62,872 bases of DNA from a virus (lineage: Duplodnaviria; Caudoviricetes), in the IMG/VR virus record IMGVR_UViG_3300037566_000044, positions 1 through 62,872 of that record; one strand, written 5' to 3'. Position numbers and translations under genes: made by a program. Shown one piece after another: positions 25,820 through 37,000 of the stretch (the first letter of the stretch is position 1; each line of letters opens with the position of its first letter). Under the pieces are notes generated by a model, which was not told where the DNA came from, ran no database searches, and saw only the letters and a program-made list of their open reading frames with translations.

Positions 25820-27439
25820 ATGCCGGCCAAAGTAGACAACACCCAAGCGGAAACCTTGCGCGCCTTCTATGACCGGCGTCATCCGATGTATGCCGAGCTG
25901 GCAGATCATTGGAAGTTCCTCGATGCGACCTACAAGGGTGGCCGGGCATGGTTCGAAGAGAACCTGTTCAAATACCTCAAGGAAGGTCCGACAGAATTCA
26001 AGGATCGCAAAAAGCGCGCCTACCGCTTCAACCACACGCGCGAGGTGGTGGAGCTGGTGCAGAAATACCTGTTCAAGGCCAAGATCGCCCGGAACGAGGA
26101 AGATGCGCCGGATGCCGTAACCAAGTTTTGGGAAAAGGCGATGCTGAACGGTTTCGATATCGGTCAGTTGATGCGCCAGGCGTCGGTGAAATCCTCGATT
26201 GGCGGCCGGATCGCAATCGTCGTGGACAACAACCTCGAAGCCAAGACCGATGCAGAGGGCAACCCTCAGCCGATGTCGCTGGCCGAGGTCGAAGGCTCGC
26301 GCATCTATGCTTACGCCGTCGGCGCGCAGGACGTTCTGGATTACGCCTGGGACGAAGATGGTGACGGTGAGCTGCTCTGGATCAAGCTGCGCGAGTGGGT
26401 GCGTGATGACGCAGACCCGGTGAACAGCACCGGGGTTGTCGAGGAGCGCATTCGTCTTTGGACGCGCACCGGCTGGGTGCTCTACAAAGAAACCGAAGAG
26501 AAGTTCCGCTCCGGGCGCAACAGTGTCTACAAGGTGGAAGAGGTCGATGCCGGCACGCACAATCTGGGCGAGGTGCCTGTGCGCCTGGTCGATCACACCG
26601 TCAGTTCAGATCCGTATCACTGCCCGGGCCTGATCGATGACATCGCTTACCTGGACCGCGCGGTCGCAAACTACCTGTCAAACCTCGACGCGATCATTCA
26701 GGACCAGACCTTCAGCCAACTTGCGATCCCGGCGCAGGCGATCCAGCGCGGCGACGATATGTATAACAAGGTGCTCGACATGGGCACCAAGCGGATCTTT
26801 GTCTATGACAGCGGGCAGGGCTCTTCAGCCAAGCCTGAATTCCTGTCGCCCGACCCGAAACAGGCCAACGTGATCCTGACGGTGATCAACAAGATCATCA
26901 ACGAGATCTACCACACGGTCGGCCTGGCCGGTGAGCGCACCAAGGAAGACAACGCGGTTGGAATCGACAACAGCTCCGGCGTGGCCAAGGCCTATGACTT
27001 CGAGCGCGTGAACTCGCTGCTCCTGTCCAAGGCGGCAAGCTGTGAAGCGGCCGAGAACTGGCTGGTTCACATGGTCATGCTGTGGCTGGGCGAGAAAGAC
27101 TACACCAAAAAGCTGGTCACTTATCCGACAACCTTCGACGTGATGCGTCTGGTAGATGATCTGGTGACAGCCGAAGCCCTTCAGAAGATCAACGCGCCTG
27201 ACGAGATGCGTCGTGAACAACTGCGGATGATGGTCGACAAGATCTTCCCGCAACTGAAGGACGACATCAAGGAACGCATCCTGAATGACATCAAGTCGTG
27301 GAAATCCACGCCGGATGCCAGCCAGATGCCTAAACCGTCCGGTGACAAACCCGCCGCGGCTTCAAGCCGTCAGGGTTCGGTCACGCAGGACACCCCCGAC
27401 ACCAAGGATGATGCCAAGAAACCGGCTACATCGTCCTGA
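25820..27439 (+). CDS. Portal protein
   Basis: Position after terL, size, SGVAKAYDF motif. Confidence 0.85.
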   Translation: MPAKVDNTQAETLRAFYDRRHPMYAELADHWKFLDATYKGGRAWFEENLFKYLKEGPTEFKDRKKRAYRFNHTREVVELVQKYLFKAKIARNEEDAPDAVTKFWEKAMLNGFDIGQLMRQASVKSSIGGRIAIVVDNNLEAKTDAEGNPQPMSLAEVEGSRIYAYAVGAQDVLDYAWDEDGDGELLWIKLREWVRDDADPVNSTGVVEERIRLWTRTGWVLYKETEEKFRSGRNSVYKVEEVDAGTHNLGEVPVRLVDHTVSSDPYHCPGLIDDIAYLDRAVANYLSNLDAIIQDQTFSQLAIPAQAIQRGDDMYNKVLDMGTKRIFVYDSGQGSSAKPEFLSPDPKQANVILTVINKIINEIYHTVGLAGERTKEDNAVGIDNSSGVAKAYDFERVNSLLLSKAASCEAAENWLVHMVMLWLGEKDYTKKLVTYPTTFDVMRLVDDLVTAEALQKINAPDEMRREQLRMMVDKIFPQLKDDIKERILNDIKSWKSTPDASQMPKPSGDKPAAASSRQGSVTQDTPDTKDDAKKPATSS

Positions 27440-27521
27440 ACCAGTTCCGGCCGAGATACTGGCCTACAACCGCGCATGAGCGCACCAACGGATGCCCGAG
27501 AGACTGGGCGAAGGAGACAAT

Positions 27522-28448
27522 ATGAAACGCTTTAACCCTGCATTCCTGCGCATGGGCACCTCGGCTATGGTTTTTGACAAGCCGAATGAAGGTGGCACCG
27601 GCGGCGCACCGAATGACGACGCAGCCGCACAAGCTGCTGCTGAAGCGAAGGCCGCACAAGAAGCGGCTGACCTGAAAGCTGCTGAAGAAGCCGAAGCAAA
27701 GGCCAAGGCCGAAGCTGAAGCTGCTGCTGAAGCCGCCAAAGGTGGTGACGAAGACGCAAAGAAACTGGCCGAGGAAAAGGCCGAGTTGCTGCGCGAAGTC
27801 ATGGACAAGAAAACCAAGCTGAAAGAAGCCCAGGACGAGGCCGCGGATGCGCGCGCCAAGCTGGCTGAATTCGGCGATGTCGATCCGGCCAAGGTCAAGG
27901 AGTTGATCCAGGCGGAAAAAGACGCTGAGCAGGCCAAGCTGGAAGCCAGCGGCGAGTTCGAGCGCGTCAAGGAAATGATGGCGACCGAGCATGCCAAAGA
28001 GATGGAAGCTGCAAAAGCTGAGATCGCGGCTCTGAAAGAGCAGGTGGCCTCGAAAGACGGAACCATCGACAAGCTGACGGTTGGTCAGTCCTTCTCGACA
28101 TCGAAATTCATTCAGGACGAGCTGATCCTGTCTGCAAACAAGGCACGCCAGCTTTATGGCAGCCATGTCGGTCTGCAGGACGGCGAGGTCGTTGTGTTTG
28201 ATAAGCCTTCGACTGCAAAAGATCGCACCGTGATGGTCGATGGCGCAGGCAATGCTCTCTCTTTTGAGGAAGGTCTGAAACGCCTGGTCGATGCTGATCC
28301 GGACAAGGACACGCTGATCAAGACCAAGATGGCGCCGGGCAGTAAGTCGAAAAGTCAGACGCCGGCCGGCAAACCGAAGCCGAAAGATCCCGGTCTGACT
28401 GGCGCAAGTCGCATCGTTGCGTCGCTCTCCAAGGACGGTGAGCTCTAA
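27522..28448 (+). CDS. Capsid scaffolding protein
   Basis: Coiled-coil, Ala/Glu/Lys-rich, directly before the major capsid gene. Confidence 0.75.
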   Translation: MKRFNPAFLRMGTSAMVFDKPNEGGTGGAPNDDAAAQAAAEAKAAQEAADLKAAEEAEAKAKAEAEAAAEAAKGGDEDAKKLAEEKAELLREVMDKKTKLKEAQDEAADARAKLAEFGDVDPAKVKELIQAEKDAEQAKLEASGEFERVKEMMATEHAKEMEAAKAEIAALKEQVASKDGTIDKLTVGQSFSTSKFIQDELILSANKARQLYGSHVGLQDGEVVVFDKPSTAKDRTVMVDGAGNALSFEEGLKRLVDADPDKDTLIKTKMAPGSKSKSQTPAGKPKPKDPGLTGASRIVASLSKDGEL

Positions 28449-28559
28449 ATATCACGTAACTGTGGCTAAAATGTCACTTTCTCCTTGAGCAAGGGGTCGC
28501 TGTTGTGGTAAGTAAGTGGTGACTTATATCGCAATGGTGATCCCAAGGAGAGAAGATAC

Positions 28560-29462
28560 ATGCCTTTGCTTGCAGCAGAAGCCGAAAAGCTGTCGATTGA
28601 GGATCGTCAGCGCGGCGTAATCGAAGAGATCATCGACAACGATGAACTGTTCGCCCTGCTTCCGTTCGTGGAAGCAAAAGACGAGGTTTATTCCTACGTC
28701 CGTGAGAAAACTGCACCCGGTGGTGCATGGTTCTCGGCCTACGAAGACCTGGAAGAGAGCGCAGCTGAGTTCGACCCTGTGTCGGTCAAGCTGAAGCGTC
28801 TTGCTGGTCAGGTCGACATCGACAACTTCCAGGACGAGGTTCAGTCGAACCTGAACAACCAGGTCGCCATCCAGATCGCCGCCAAGGCGAAAGGTATGGG
28901 CCGCGACTTCCGGAATGTCCTGGTCAACGGTAACGCAACCACTCTGCCGAAGACCTTCGACGGTCTGCGCACTCTGACTCCGGCCGCTCAGACCCTGACC
29001 GCCGGCGCAAACGGTGCCGCTGTTTCGTTCGCAATGCTGGACGAACTGAAGGACGCAGTGAAACTGGGCGCAGACGTGCTGATGATGCGTCAGGGCACCT
29101 GGCGTGCAATCCGCGCTCTGAACCGCACGATGGGTGGCAACACTGCCGACCACATCATGCTGGACAACTTCGGCCGCGCTGTGAAGGCGTATGATGGCAC
29201 CCCGGTCATCATCAACGACTTCCTGCCGACTGACGAAGTTCAGGGCACCGAGAACAACTCGACCTCGATCTACGCTCTGCGTCTGAACGAAGCCGATGGT
29301 TTCCACGGTATCTTTGGCGGCCCTGCAGCCGGTTTCCGCATGGAAAAAGTCGGCCTGTTGGAAAACAAAGACGCGACCCGCTGGCGGATGAAGTGGTATG
29401 TGGCTGCGGCCCTGAAAGCCACCCACGCTGTTTCGCGCGTCAAAGGCGTGACCAACATCTAA
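28560..29462 (+). CDS. Major capsid protein
   Basis: LLPF...GQVDID.F...FDGL pattern; biased codon use; downstream terminator. Confidence 0.88.
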   Translation: MPLLAAEAEKLSIEDRQRGVIEEIIDNDELFALLPFVEAKDEVYSYVREKTAPGGAWFSAYEDLEESAAEFDPVSVKLKRLAGQVDIDNFQDEVQSNLNNQVAIQIAAKAKGMGRDFRNVLVNGNATTLPKTFDGLRTLTPAAQTLTAGANGAAVSFAMLDELKDAVKLGADVLMMRQGTWRAIRALNRTMGGNTADHIMLDNFGRAVKAYDGTPVIINDFLPTDEVQGTENNSTSIYALRLNEADGFHGIFGGPAAGFRMEKVGLLENKDATRWRMKWYVAAALKATHAVSRVKGVTNI

Positions 29463-29499
29463 GCTTGCCCTTGATGGTAAGTAAATGATTACTTATGAT

Positions 29500-29526
29500 A
29501 GGGCGGGAGCAATTCCCGCCCTTTTC
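29500..29526 (+). terminator. Intrinsic terminator after the major capsid gene
   Basis: GGGCGGGA-GCAA-TTCCCGCCC-TTTT. Confidence 0.75.
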
Positions 29527-29541
29527 ACATGAGGAAACACA

Positions 29542-30336
29542 ATGGCTGAAAAGAAGTTCCTGAAACTGACGCAAAAGGGGTTCCAGAATTACTCCGGGCC
29601 GATCAGCGTCTACGAATTCAAGGATGGTGTCTCGGTAGAACCTATTCCGCAGCACGAGCGAGATCGCCTCGCGGCAATCATGGAATTTGACGAGATCGCA
29701 GAGAACGGCAAGGAAAACCCTGCCGGTATCGCTCAGCGCCTGGTTGTCGAAAGCGAACAGCGCGCGCCGAAGAAAGAAGTCTTCGCGGTTCAGACCGCAG
29801 AAGAGAAGATTGCTGAGGAAAAGGCTGCCGCTGAGAAAGCCGCCGGCGATCTGAAGAAGATCTACACCGAAGACGAGCTGGACCAGATCATCGATGATGG
29901 TGGTATCGCGGCCCTGCGTCGTGTTGCCAAGATCTGGAACGTGAAAAACCGCTCCATTCCGACCCTGCGCCAGATGGTGCTCGACGAGCAGGAGAAATAC
30001 CTGGCCGAAGAGGGCAGCCGTGTTGAGCGTCACAAGAAGGCGGTCGAAGAGGTTGTGCGTCAGACCGAGGCGGCCAACGCTCCGGCTCAGACTGAAGATC
30101 AGGTCGAAGATGTCACCGAAGACGACGACGATGCGGATGATGACATTATCGATGCCGCAGTGACCGGCGATCTGTCGGCTGCGCTGTCAAACGATGACGA
30201 TGACAGTCTCGGCACCGAAGACAAGGTTGATCCGACCGACCCGTTCGAGACTGATCCGGAAGCTCCGCTGCATAAGCGCGCCGATGAGGAAGCTGAGAAC
30301 TCCCGGCCCGAGACGGCTGAAGAAGGGAACGCCTGA
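29542..30336 (+). CDS. Conserved morphogenesis-region protein, acidic C-terminus
   Basis: GAGG RBS; GI.ALR..A......R.I..L helical motif. Confidence 0.75.
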   Translation: MAEKKFLKLTQKGFQNYSGPISVYEFKDGVSVEPIPQHERDRLAAIMEFDEIAENGKENPAGIAQRLVVESEQRAPKKEVFAVQTAEEKIAEEKAAAEKAAGDLKKIYTEDELDQIIDDGGIAALRRVAKIWNVKNRSIPTLRQMVLDEQEKYLAEEGSRVERHKKAVEEVVRQTEAANAPAQTEDQVEDVTEDDDDADDDIIDAAVTGDLSAALSNDDDDSLGTEDKVDPTDPFETDPEAPLHKRADEEAENSRPETAEEGNA

Positions 30337-30338
30337 TC

Positions 30339-31127
30339 ATGAACTTCTACCCCGAGAACTACGCCGCCGCTATCACCATCCCGCTGACAGACCCGACGGG
30401 CGCTGAGAGCGTGCCGACGGGACTGACCGCTAAGCTCCTGGATGGAGACGGTGCCGAGATTGTGGATCTCGGGGCTCAAACCGTTGGCAGCGGCGCATCA
30501 CAGGTCATCACCGTGCCTGGCGCCCACAACACACTCCCGGTCGGCGAGCTGCGCACCGTGCGTATCCTGGTCGTGAGCTACACCTATGCCGCCGGCACGT
30601 TCGAGCGGCGCTTCTCTTATGGTGTCGAGGCAGCCCTGCGCCTGGAGCTGATGAAAAACAGCTTCATGACCTACGAGCTGGCCGAGGTCACCTCCGCTGA
30701 TTTCGTCAATGCAACCGGCTGGGCCGTTGCAGATGCGAACCTGCGCAAGACTGCCCTGATTGAATCCTTTGCGCGCCTGACCATGATCCCGATGAAATAC
30801 CATCCGCTCGATGCCAATGGTGAGCCGGATCGCACCGTTGAAAACGTGATCCTGCGCGATGAATGGGTGGCAATGAATGCCGCTGGTTACAACGCTCTGC
30901 CGGTTCACTTACGTCGGGCGCTGCGCCGGGCTCAATTCATCGAAGCCAACGAGCTGCTGCAAGGCGATGTGCTCAGCCAGAAGCGCCGCGCTGGTGTTCT
31001 GTCCGAGACGATCGGTGAAAGCTCTGTGCGGCTCAATGCTGGAGTGATCGATTATGGTGTCGGCACTGAAACCCTGTCGGCCCTGGCTGGTTACATCCAC
31101 TTTAACATGAAGATTGTGAGAGCCTGA
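30339..31127 (+). CDS. Head-tail adaptor (putative)
   Basis: Position; SETIGESS motif. Confidence 0.65.
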   Translation: MNFYPENYAAAITIPLTDPTGAESVPTGLTAKLLDGDGAEIVDLGAQTVGSGASQVITVPGAHNTLPVGELRTVRILVVSYTYAAGTFERRFSYGVEAALRLELMKNSFMTYELAEVTSADFVNATGWAVADANLRKTALIESFARLTMIPMKYHPLDANGEPDRTVENVILRDEWVAMNAAGYNALPVHLRRALRRAQFIEANELLQGDVLSQKRRAGVLSETIGESSVRLNAGVIDYGVGTETLSALAGYIHFNMKIVRA

Positions 31128-31474
31128 TGTTCACCCCGAACCTGAAAGGCACTCTGGAGAAGGTGGTTGGTCGTGACATTCATGGCCGGCCCACGCTCGG
31201 CGCTGCAATCCCGTGTCCGTTTGGGTCGATCAGCCTGAAGGTCTCCGCACAGGAAACCACTGTCCGGGCTGACAGCTCCGCCTCGCGCGGCAACGCAGAT
31301 GAGATGGTGACCGAGCGCGGCCGGATTCTGATCCCGGCATTCATCAAGCCGTCGCAGGGTGACATCTTCACCTTCAACGGCATGCGCTACAAGATCGCCT
31401 CTCTGCATGATCGCTACTCCATCGGCGGCAAGCTCGATCACTGGGAATGCGACCTGGAGAGCTACGTCGGATGA
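31127..31474 (+). CDS. Head closure protein (putative)
   Basis: Position and size. Confidence 0.6.
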   Translation: MFTPNLKGTLEKVVGRDIHGRPTLGAAIPCPFGSISLKVSAQETTVRADSSASRGNADEMVTERGRILIPAFIKPSQGDIFTFNGMRYKIASLHDRYSIGGKLDHWECDLESYVG

Positions 31475-31959
31475 AAATGGGCCTGGACGTTTCTGACATC
31501 GGCCGAGGCAGTGTCGAAAGCATGTTGCGCAACATTGCGCGACGTGTGCCTGATGCTGCACGCGGCCAGATGAAGCGTTCAGCCGAGCGCACCGTGAAGC
31601 TGGCCAAGCAGATGACACCAGAAGACGAGGGACATCTGGCCGACAGCATCCGGATCGAGAAGACCTATGGCGACCACGGCCGCCTGCAGATCGACATCGT
31701 GGCGGGCAAGGGCCGGGCCACGCGCGTCAACGGGCGCACCGTGGATCTGGAGCAATATGCGCTGCTGGTTCACGAAGCCTATGAAACCGCCGTCGCGCCC
31801 AATGGGCCAGGCAAGAACACGCGCCGCAAAATGGCGGCAAATCCCGGAGTTCAGATCGGCTCGGGCTTTCTGGTGCGCGCCTTGCAAAAGGAAGCCGAAG
31901 CCTTCGAGCGCGTGATGATCCAGGTCATCAACAGAGCCATCGTGGAGGAAGGCGGATGA
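31471..31959 (+). CDS. HK97 gp10-like neck/tail completion protein
   Basis: TP.D.G.L..SI...YA..VHE...FL.RA motif. Confidence 0.75.
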   Translation: MKMGLDVSDIGRGSVESMLRNIARRVPDAARGQMKRSAERTVKLAKQMTPEDEGHLADSIRIEKTYGDHGRLQIDIVAGKGRATRVNGRTVDLEQYALLVHEAYETAVAPNGPGKNTRRKMAANPGVQIGSGFLVRALQKEAEAFERVMIQVINRAIVEEGG

Positions 31960-32363
31960 TTTTCGACATTCTTGAGCAGAAGATCCAGGATGCAGGGCTG
32001 GCGGTGGCAGGGCAGACGTTGTTCCGCAACAACATGCCGGCGGATGTGATGATTGGCGTCATGACGCGCGTGCCGCTGGAAGGTCTGCAGGTCGATGCGA
32101 ACATGCCCGGGCGTCACAAAGGGCGTATGCAGGTCATCACCCGCCACACCGACCCGGTTCTGGGTGCAAAGCTCTCCGCAGATGTGACCAAGGTGCTGCA
32201 GGTCCAGGCGATGGAGCGCTACGATGCGACAGCCGAGCGGGGCAGGGCGTCGATCTCGCTCTTCTATCCGGAGACATTGCCGATCCAATTTCCGCGCCTC
32301 GATGGCGGTGGATTGGAGTTCTCGCAGCATTTCAAGGTGGTTTTTACCTGTGATCCGCTCTGA
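31956..32363 (+). CDS. Tail terminator (putative)
   Basis: Position before the tail tube gene. Confidence 0.6.
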   Translation: MIFDILEQKIQDAGLAVAGQTLFRNNMPADVMIGVMTRVPLEGLQVDANMPGRHKGRMQVITRHTDPVLGAKLSADVTKVLQVQAMERYDATAERGRASISLFYPETLPIQFPRLDGGGLEFSQHFKVVFTCDPL

Positions 32364-32454
32364 GAGATAAGCAATCGCTTACTTTCTGTTGCGGTTCTGC
32401 CACACATGGGGTAAAGTAAGTCACGATTTACTTATTTCCATGTAGGAGACCCAC

Positions 32455-33282
32455 ATGACTTCGTCCACGGAGAACGTGAAACTGGGAACCTGTAACATCT
32501 TCTTCGACGGTGTGGATCTTGGTCTGACCAAGGGCGGCGTCGAGGTCGAGGTTTCCACATCGACCCATGAGGTCAAAGTCGACCAATTCGGTGAAACCCC
32601 GGTTGGCGAGCTGATTACTGGTCGGACAGTGATGGCCAAAGTGCCTATGGCTGAGACCACGCTGGACAACCTGCTGAAGATCATGCCTGGCGCTGAGCTG
32701 GTAACGGACGGTGCATTCGCAACCGGCACCGTGACCTTCTCGACCGCGGCCCCTGTGAACGGCGACAAGATCGAGATCCTGGGCCGGACTTTCGTCTTCC
32801 GCACCACGCCGAAGACCGAGAACGACATCAAGATCCCTTCGACCATCAACGAAGCTGCTGAAGCGCTGGCTGACACCATCAACAGCGTCGTGATGCCTGC
32901 TTACGCCACCGTTTCCGGCGCCGTTGTGACCGTTACCGCTGAAAACCGCAGCACCGGGGATAACGTGGCAATCGTTGCGACCTTCGCAACCAGCGCCAAC
33001 GTCGCGGCTGTTGGTCTGACTGGCGGTCAGGATATCACCCTGGCGCGCGTTGACGTGCCGACCGGCGTGAACATCAACCTGTTGGAGCAGGCCAAGCAAC
33101 TGCGTCTGCGCCCGATCGGCACCACTGGTTCGGATGACTTCATTCTGCACAAGGCTGCAACGCCGGGCGGTCTGAACTTCACCTACAACATCGACCAGGA
33201 ACGGATCTTCAACGCCGACTTCAAAGGCTACCCCGACACCAGCGGCAAGCTGTTCTCGGTGGGTGACGAAGACGCCGCCTAA
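32455..33282 (+). CDS. Major tail tube protein
   Basis: LG.C...F.G.DLG.TKGGVEV...DQFG motif; downstream hairpin. Confidence 0.85.
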   Translation: MTSSTENVKLGTCNIFFDGVDLGLTKGGVEVEVSTSTHEVKVDQFGETPVGELITGRTVMAKVPMAETTLDNLLKIMPGAELVTDGAFATGTVTFSTAAPVNGDKIEILGRTFVFRTTPKTENDIKIPSTINEAAEALADTINSVVMPAYATVSGAVVTVTAENRSTGDNVAIVATFATSANVAAVGLTGGQDITLARVDVPTGVNINLLEQAKQLRLRPIGTTGSDDFILHKAATPGGLNFTYNIDQERIFNADFKGYPDTSGKLFSVGDEDAA

Positions 33283-33290
33283 TTGAATTA

Positions 33291-33314
33291 GCGGGCTGGC
33301 TTCGGCTGGCCCGC
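33291..33314 (+). terminator. UUCG-loop hairpin after the tail tube gene
   Basis: GCGGGCTGGC-TTCG-GCTGGCCCGC; weak U-tract. Confidence 0.5.
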
Positions 33315-33348
33315 CGCAACCCTCCCTTCAATTTGGAACTGAACTGAA

Positions 33349-33696
33349 ATGACCAAGGTTATCAACCTGCAGGAACTGGCGCGCAAAGAACCCGATGTTG
33401 TCATCGTGACAACCGACGGAGAGCGCCACGAGATGATCCCGGCCACCGTCGAGAGCTTTATCGAAAACGTGAAGCTGGTCGAAGGTCTGGGCACCGCTGC
33501 TTCCGTCGTCGATGAGATGGAAGTGATGATCAAGATCATCACCCGGTCTTTCCCGACAATCAGCGAAGCCGAAGTGCGCTCCTGGCCGCTGGAGAACCTG
33601 CAATCGATCTCCGACCTGGCCCGGGGCCAGAATGGTGAGCTGGTGACAACCGACGAAGAGAAGCTGGACGAGGCGATCGAGTCGGGAAACGGCTGA
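33349..33696 (+). CDS. Tail assembly chaperone (gpG-like)
   Basis: Between tail tube and tape measure; slippery GGGAAAC at 33684-33690. Confidence 0.8.
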   Translation: MTKVINLQELARKEPDVVIVTTDGERHEMIPATVESFIENVKLVEGLGTAASVVDEMEVMIKIITRSFPTISEAEVRSWPLENLQSISDLARGQNGELVTTDEEKLDEAIESGNG

Positions 33697-34067
33697 AAGG
33701 CGATCTGACCTCCGTCGATTTCGGATTTCTTTTCGCCAAGGTCATGCGGGAATACGGGATGGCATTCGATGCCGTCCTGGACACCCCGCTCAAACGGTTC
33801 TGGTTTTTGGTCAATCAGATCGACCGGCTCAAAGCGGAGGAGAACCTTCGCCTTCTGCAGGTCACAGGCGCCGCAAATGACGCCGAAGCGATCCAGATTG
33901 CTCTCGAAAACCTCAAAAACGAAATGGGCCAGGTCTTCGTTTGGGAAGAACAAGCGCCCTCTGAAATAAGGATCGATCCGGAAACCGACACTGATCCTGA
34001 GTTCGACAAAGGAGGCTTGGAGCGCCTGAAAGCTCTGAGCGGGTTGAGAGAAGGACAGACGGTATGA
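33684..34067 (+). CDS. Tail assembly chaperone extension (gpT-like, reached by -1 frameshift)
   Basis: The -1 frame is open from the slippery site to 34067. Confidence 0.75.
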   Translation, partial: GKRLKGDLTSVDFGFLFAKVMREYGMAFDAVLDTPLKRFWFLVNQIDRLKAEENLRLLQVTGAANDAEAIQIALENLKNEMGQVFVWEEQAPSEIRIDPETDTDPEFDKGGLERLKALSGLREGQTV

Positions 34068-37000
34068 GCGGCATTCGTGTCGAGCTACAACTCAAAGACG
34101 GTTCTTTTACGACTGGCATGCTTCGCGCAGGCCAGTCGGTTTCGTCTTTCCGGAAGGAATTGTCGCGGGTTGATCCGCATTTCCGCAAGCTCGACGCTTC
34201 CGGCAAGGGTGTCGTTAAAACCGTTCGCAAGGCTGATGTCGTCAGCCGGGACTTTCTGAGCACCCTGCGCGATGTCTCCATTGTCTCGGGCGCGGTCACA
34301 CTGGCCTTCCGGGGCATCACAGGCACCGCCGGCGGACTGGTCGGCTCCATCACTCAGGTCAATGCCGAGATCGAGCGTCTGAAATACCAGATGCTCGGCA
34401 TGTCCACGTCTGCCGAACCGATGCGCGAAGCCGCGGCGTCGGTCGAATATCTGCGCCAGAAGGCACTCCAGGTGCCGTTCTCGCTCAACGAGCTGGCAAC
34501 CTCATTTGTGAAGCTGAAAGCAACCGGCACCGATCCGATGGCAGGATCGCTACAAGCCGTTGCGGACGGTATCGCCGCCTTTGGTGGCACTGACGAACAA
34601 CTCCACAGGGTAACGCTTGGCCTCGTCCAGATGTCGGGTAAGGGCGTGATCCAGATGGAAGAGATGCGCCAGCAGCTCGGCGAATCCATGCCCAACGCGA
34701 TGCGTATCATGGCGCGTTCGATGGGTGTGTCCGTCGCTGAGCTGACACAAGCGATCTCGACTGGCCGGGTTGAGGCAGGCGCTGCCCTGCAAGCCTTCTA
34801 TGCCGAACTGGAGCGCACCTATGGCGGTGAAGCCCAGCGGATGATGGAGACATTCTCCGGTCAGGTTTCACAGCTCAAGGCAAACCTGCAGCTCCTGGCC
34901 ACCGGCGAGGGGATGAAGGGCTTCTTCGAGGAGCAAAAAGCCGGGCTGATGGAGATCAACGACTTCCTGAAGTCGGATGAAGCCAAGAAATTTGCCAAGG
35001 AGATCGGCGAAGCCCTGACTGCGATGGTGCGCGGTATCCGGGTTGCGACCAAGACGATCTACGAATTCCGCGAAGAGATCGGAATGGTGATCTCGGTCGT
35101 GGCCGGTGGTGTCGCATTGCGCACCTTCGGACGCATGGCCGCCAGCATGGCGACCTCTGTTCGCTTCGCCACAATGGCGCTTACTGGTCTTGGCACTGAA
35201 ATGTCGCGTGCGCGCCGGATGACCGCTTTGGGTCTCACTGGCATGAAGACCTTTGGTGTCACTGCACGCACGACCGGGCTGGCCGTAGGTGGTCTGCGCG
35301 CCGCTGTTGTCGGGTTTGGATCTGCTGTCACTGCGGCGGCACCCTGGATTGCGATCATCGGCACCGCCATTGCCCTGGCTGCCGACAAGATGGGCATGCT
35401 CAGCGACAAGACCGACGAGGCTTATGAGAGCCTGCGGAAATACGGTGCTGAGAGCCAAGAGCAGGCGCAAAGCGTCCTGGCCGCAAAAGAGCTTGAGCTG
35501 CGTCGGAAGCTGAATGACGCCGAAAACTCGTTCTTCATCGGCAGCAAGGAAAGCCGTCGGGCGCGCAAGAACGCACTGATCGAAGCACGCCGGGCCGAGC
35601 TGGAAGAGTTCATCAAGGAGCGGGACCGCATCCTTGCCAATTCCGAGGAAGACAGCACCCAGCACAGCATCCAGCAATATGAGCGTGAACTGGCGGGCAA
35701 ACTCCGGGTTCACAACGAGGATTATCGTCAGCGGCAGGTTGTGCTGGATCAGCAGCGCGATCAGGAGCTGGCGCGCACGGCTGAAACTGGCAAGAAATCC
35801 TATCAGATCACCGATGAGTTCCAGAAAAAGACGCTGGAAAACCGCAAAGAGCGCTCAGAGGCGATCATTGAGACCATCGATGACGAGCTGGCTCGTCTGA
35901 AAGCGCTTCAGGCGGATACGACGCATGAAGACAAGGCGCGTGATCTTGGCCGCCTGATCGACTTCCTCAACGGCAAACGTGTCGAGGCTGCCGAGCAGGC
36001 CCGGGCAAATGGCGAGTTCGGCATCACCTTCACGGCAAATGTCGAGAAGGAAGAAGATAAGATCAAGCGCGGCTCGAAGCTGCTTCAGAACCTGCAGGCC
36101 AAGGTCAAGGGTCTGTCGGCTGAAATGGCCGGAGCTGGCAGCGAATACGCCAAGCTGAGCTTCCAGATCGCACGCGGCGATTATGGATCGATCGAGCAGG
36201 GCGGTGACGCGGTTCGTGAACTGCATGAGGCGCTCCGCGAGGCTGTGGCTCAGAAAGAAGCGCTCGATGCGCTGATGGAAGGCGACCGCAAAGCCTCCAG
36301 CGAGATCGAGAGCCTGCGGTTGCGCGTATTGGAGCGTGAGCGCGAGCTCCGCGCCGAGCTTGCCAATGGCGAGATGACCGATGCCGAGAAGTTCCTCTTC
36401 CGGCTCAACGATGGCGCCTATAAAGGCCTTGGTCCGCTGGAAAACATCCAGAGCGACATCGAGGGTGTTGGCACAGCGATGCGTGACGATGCTTTCGGGC
36501 AAGGCACCCTGTCGGCGATTGAAAAGGTCAAGCGCGCGCTGGCTGGCGTCCGGGATATCGTCACCGGGATCAAGACGGCCGCAAGCGGTGGCATGGGCTT
36601 TGCATCGGCTGCACTGGGCTCCTTTGCAACCGGCAATATGCGGGATCTGATCGCAAGCGTGGAATCCAGCAAGGATGGCTATAACGCCACGCTGGATAAC
36701 GGTCGCTGGACGGGCGGGTCGCAGAACCTGACCTCCATGACCCTCAACGAGATCCTGGCGCTGCAAAAGCAGATGCTGGCAAACCCTGAAAACCGCGCGC
36801 TCTACGGCGACGGCTTGGGCTCCTCTGCGCTGGGTCGCTACCAGATCGTCAGCAAGACGCTGCGCGGCCTCATCAAAGAGATGGGCCTCTCGGGCAACGA
36901 ACTGTTTGACCAGGGCATGCAGGATGCGATGGCAGATCGTCTGCTGGCGCGTCGTGGCGGCAACCTGGTTGGTCTGCGTCAGGAATGGGCCGGCCTGAAG

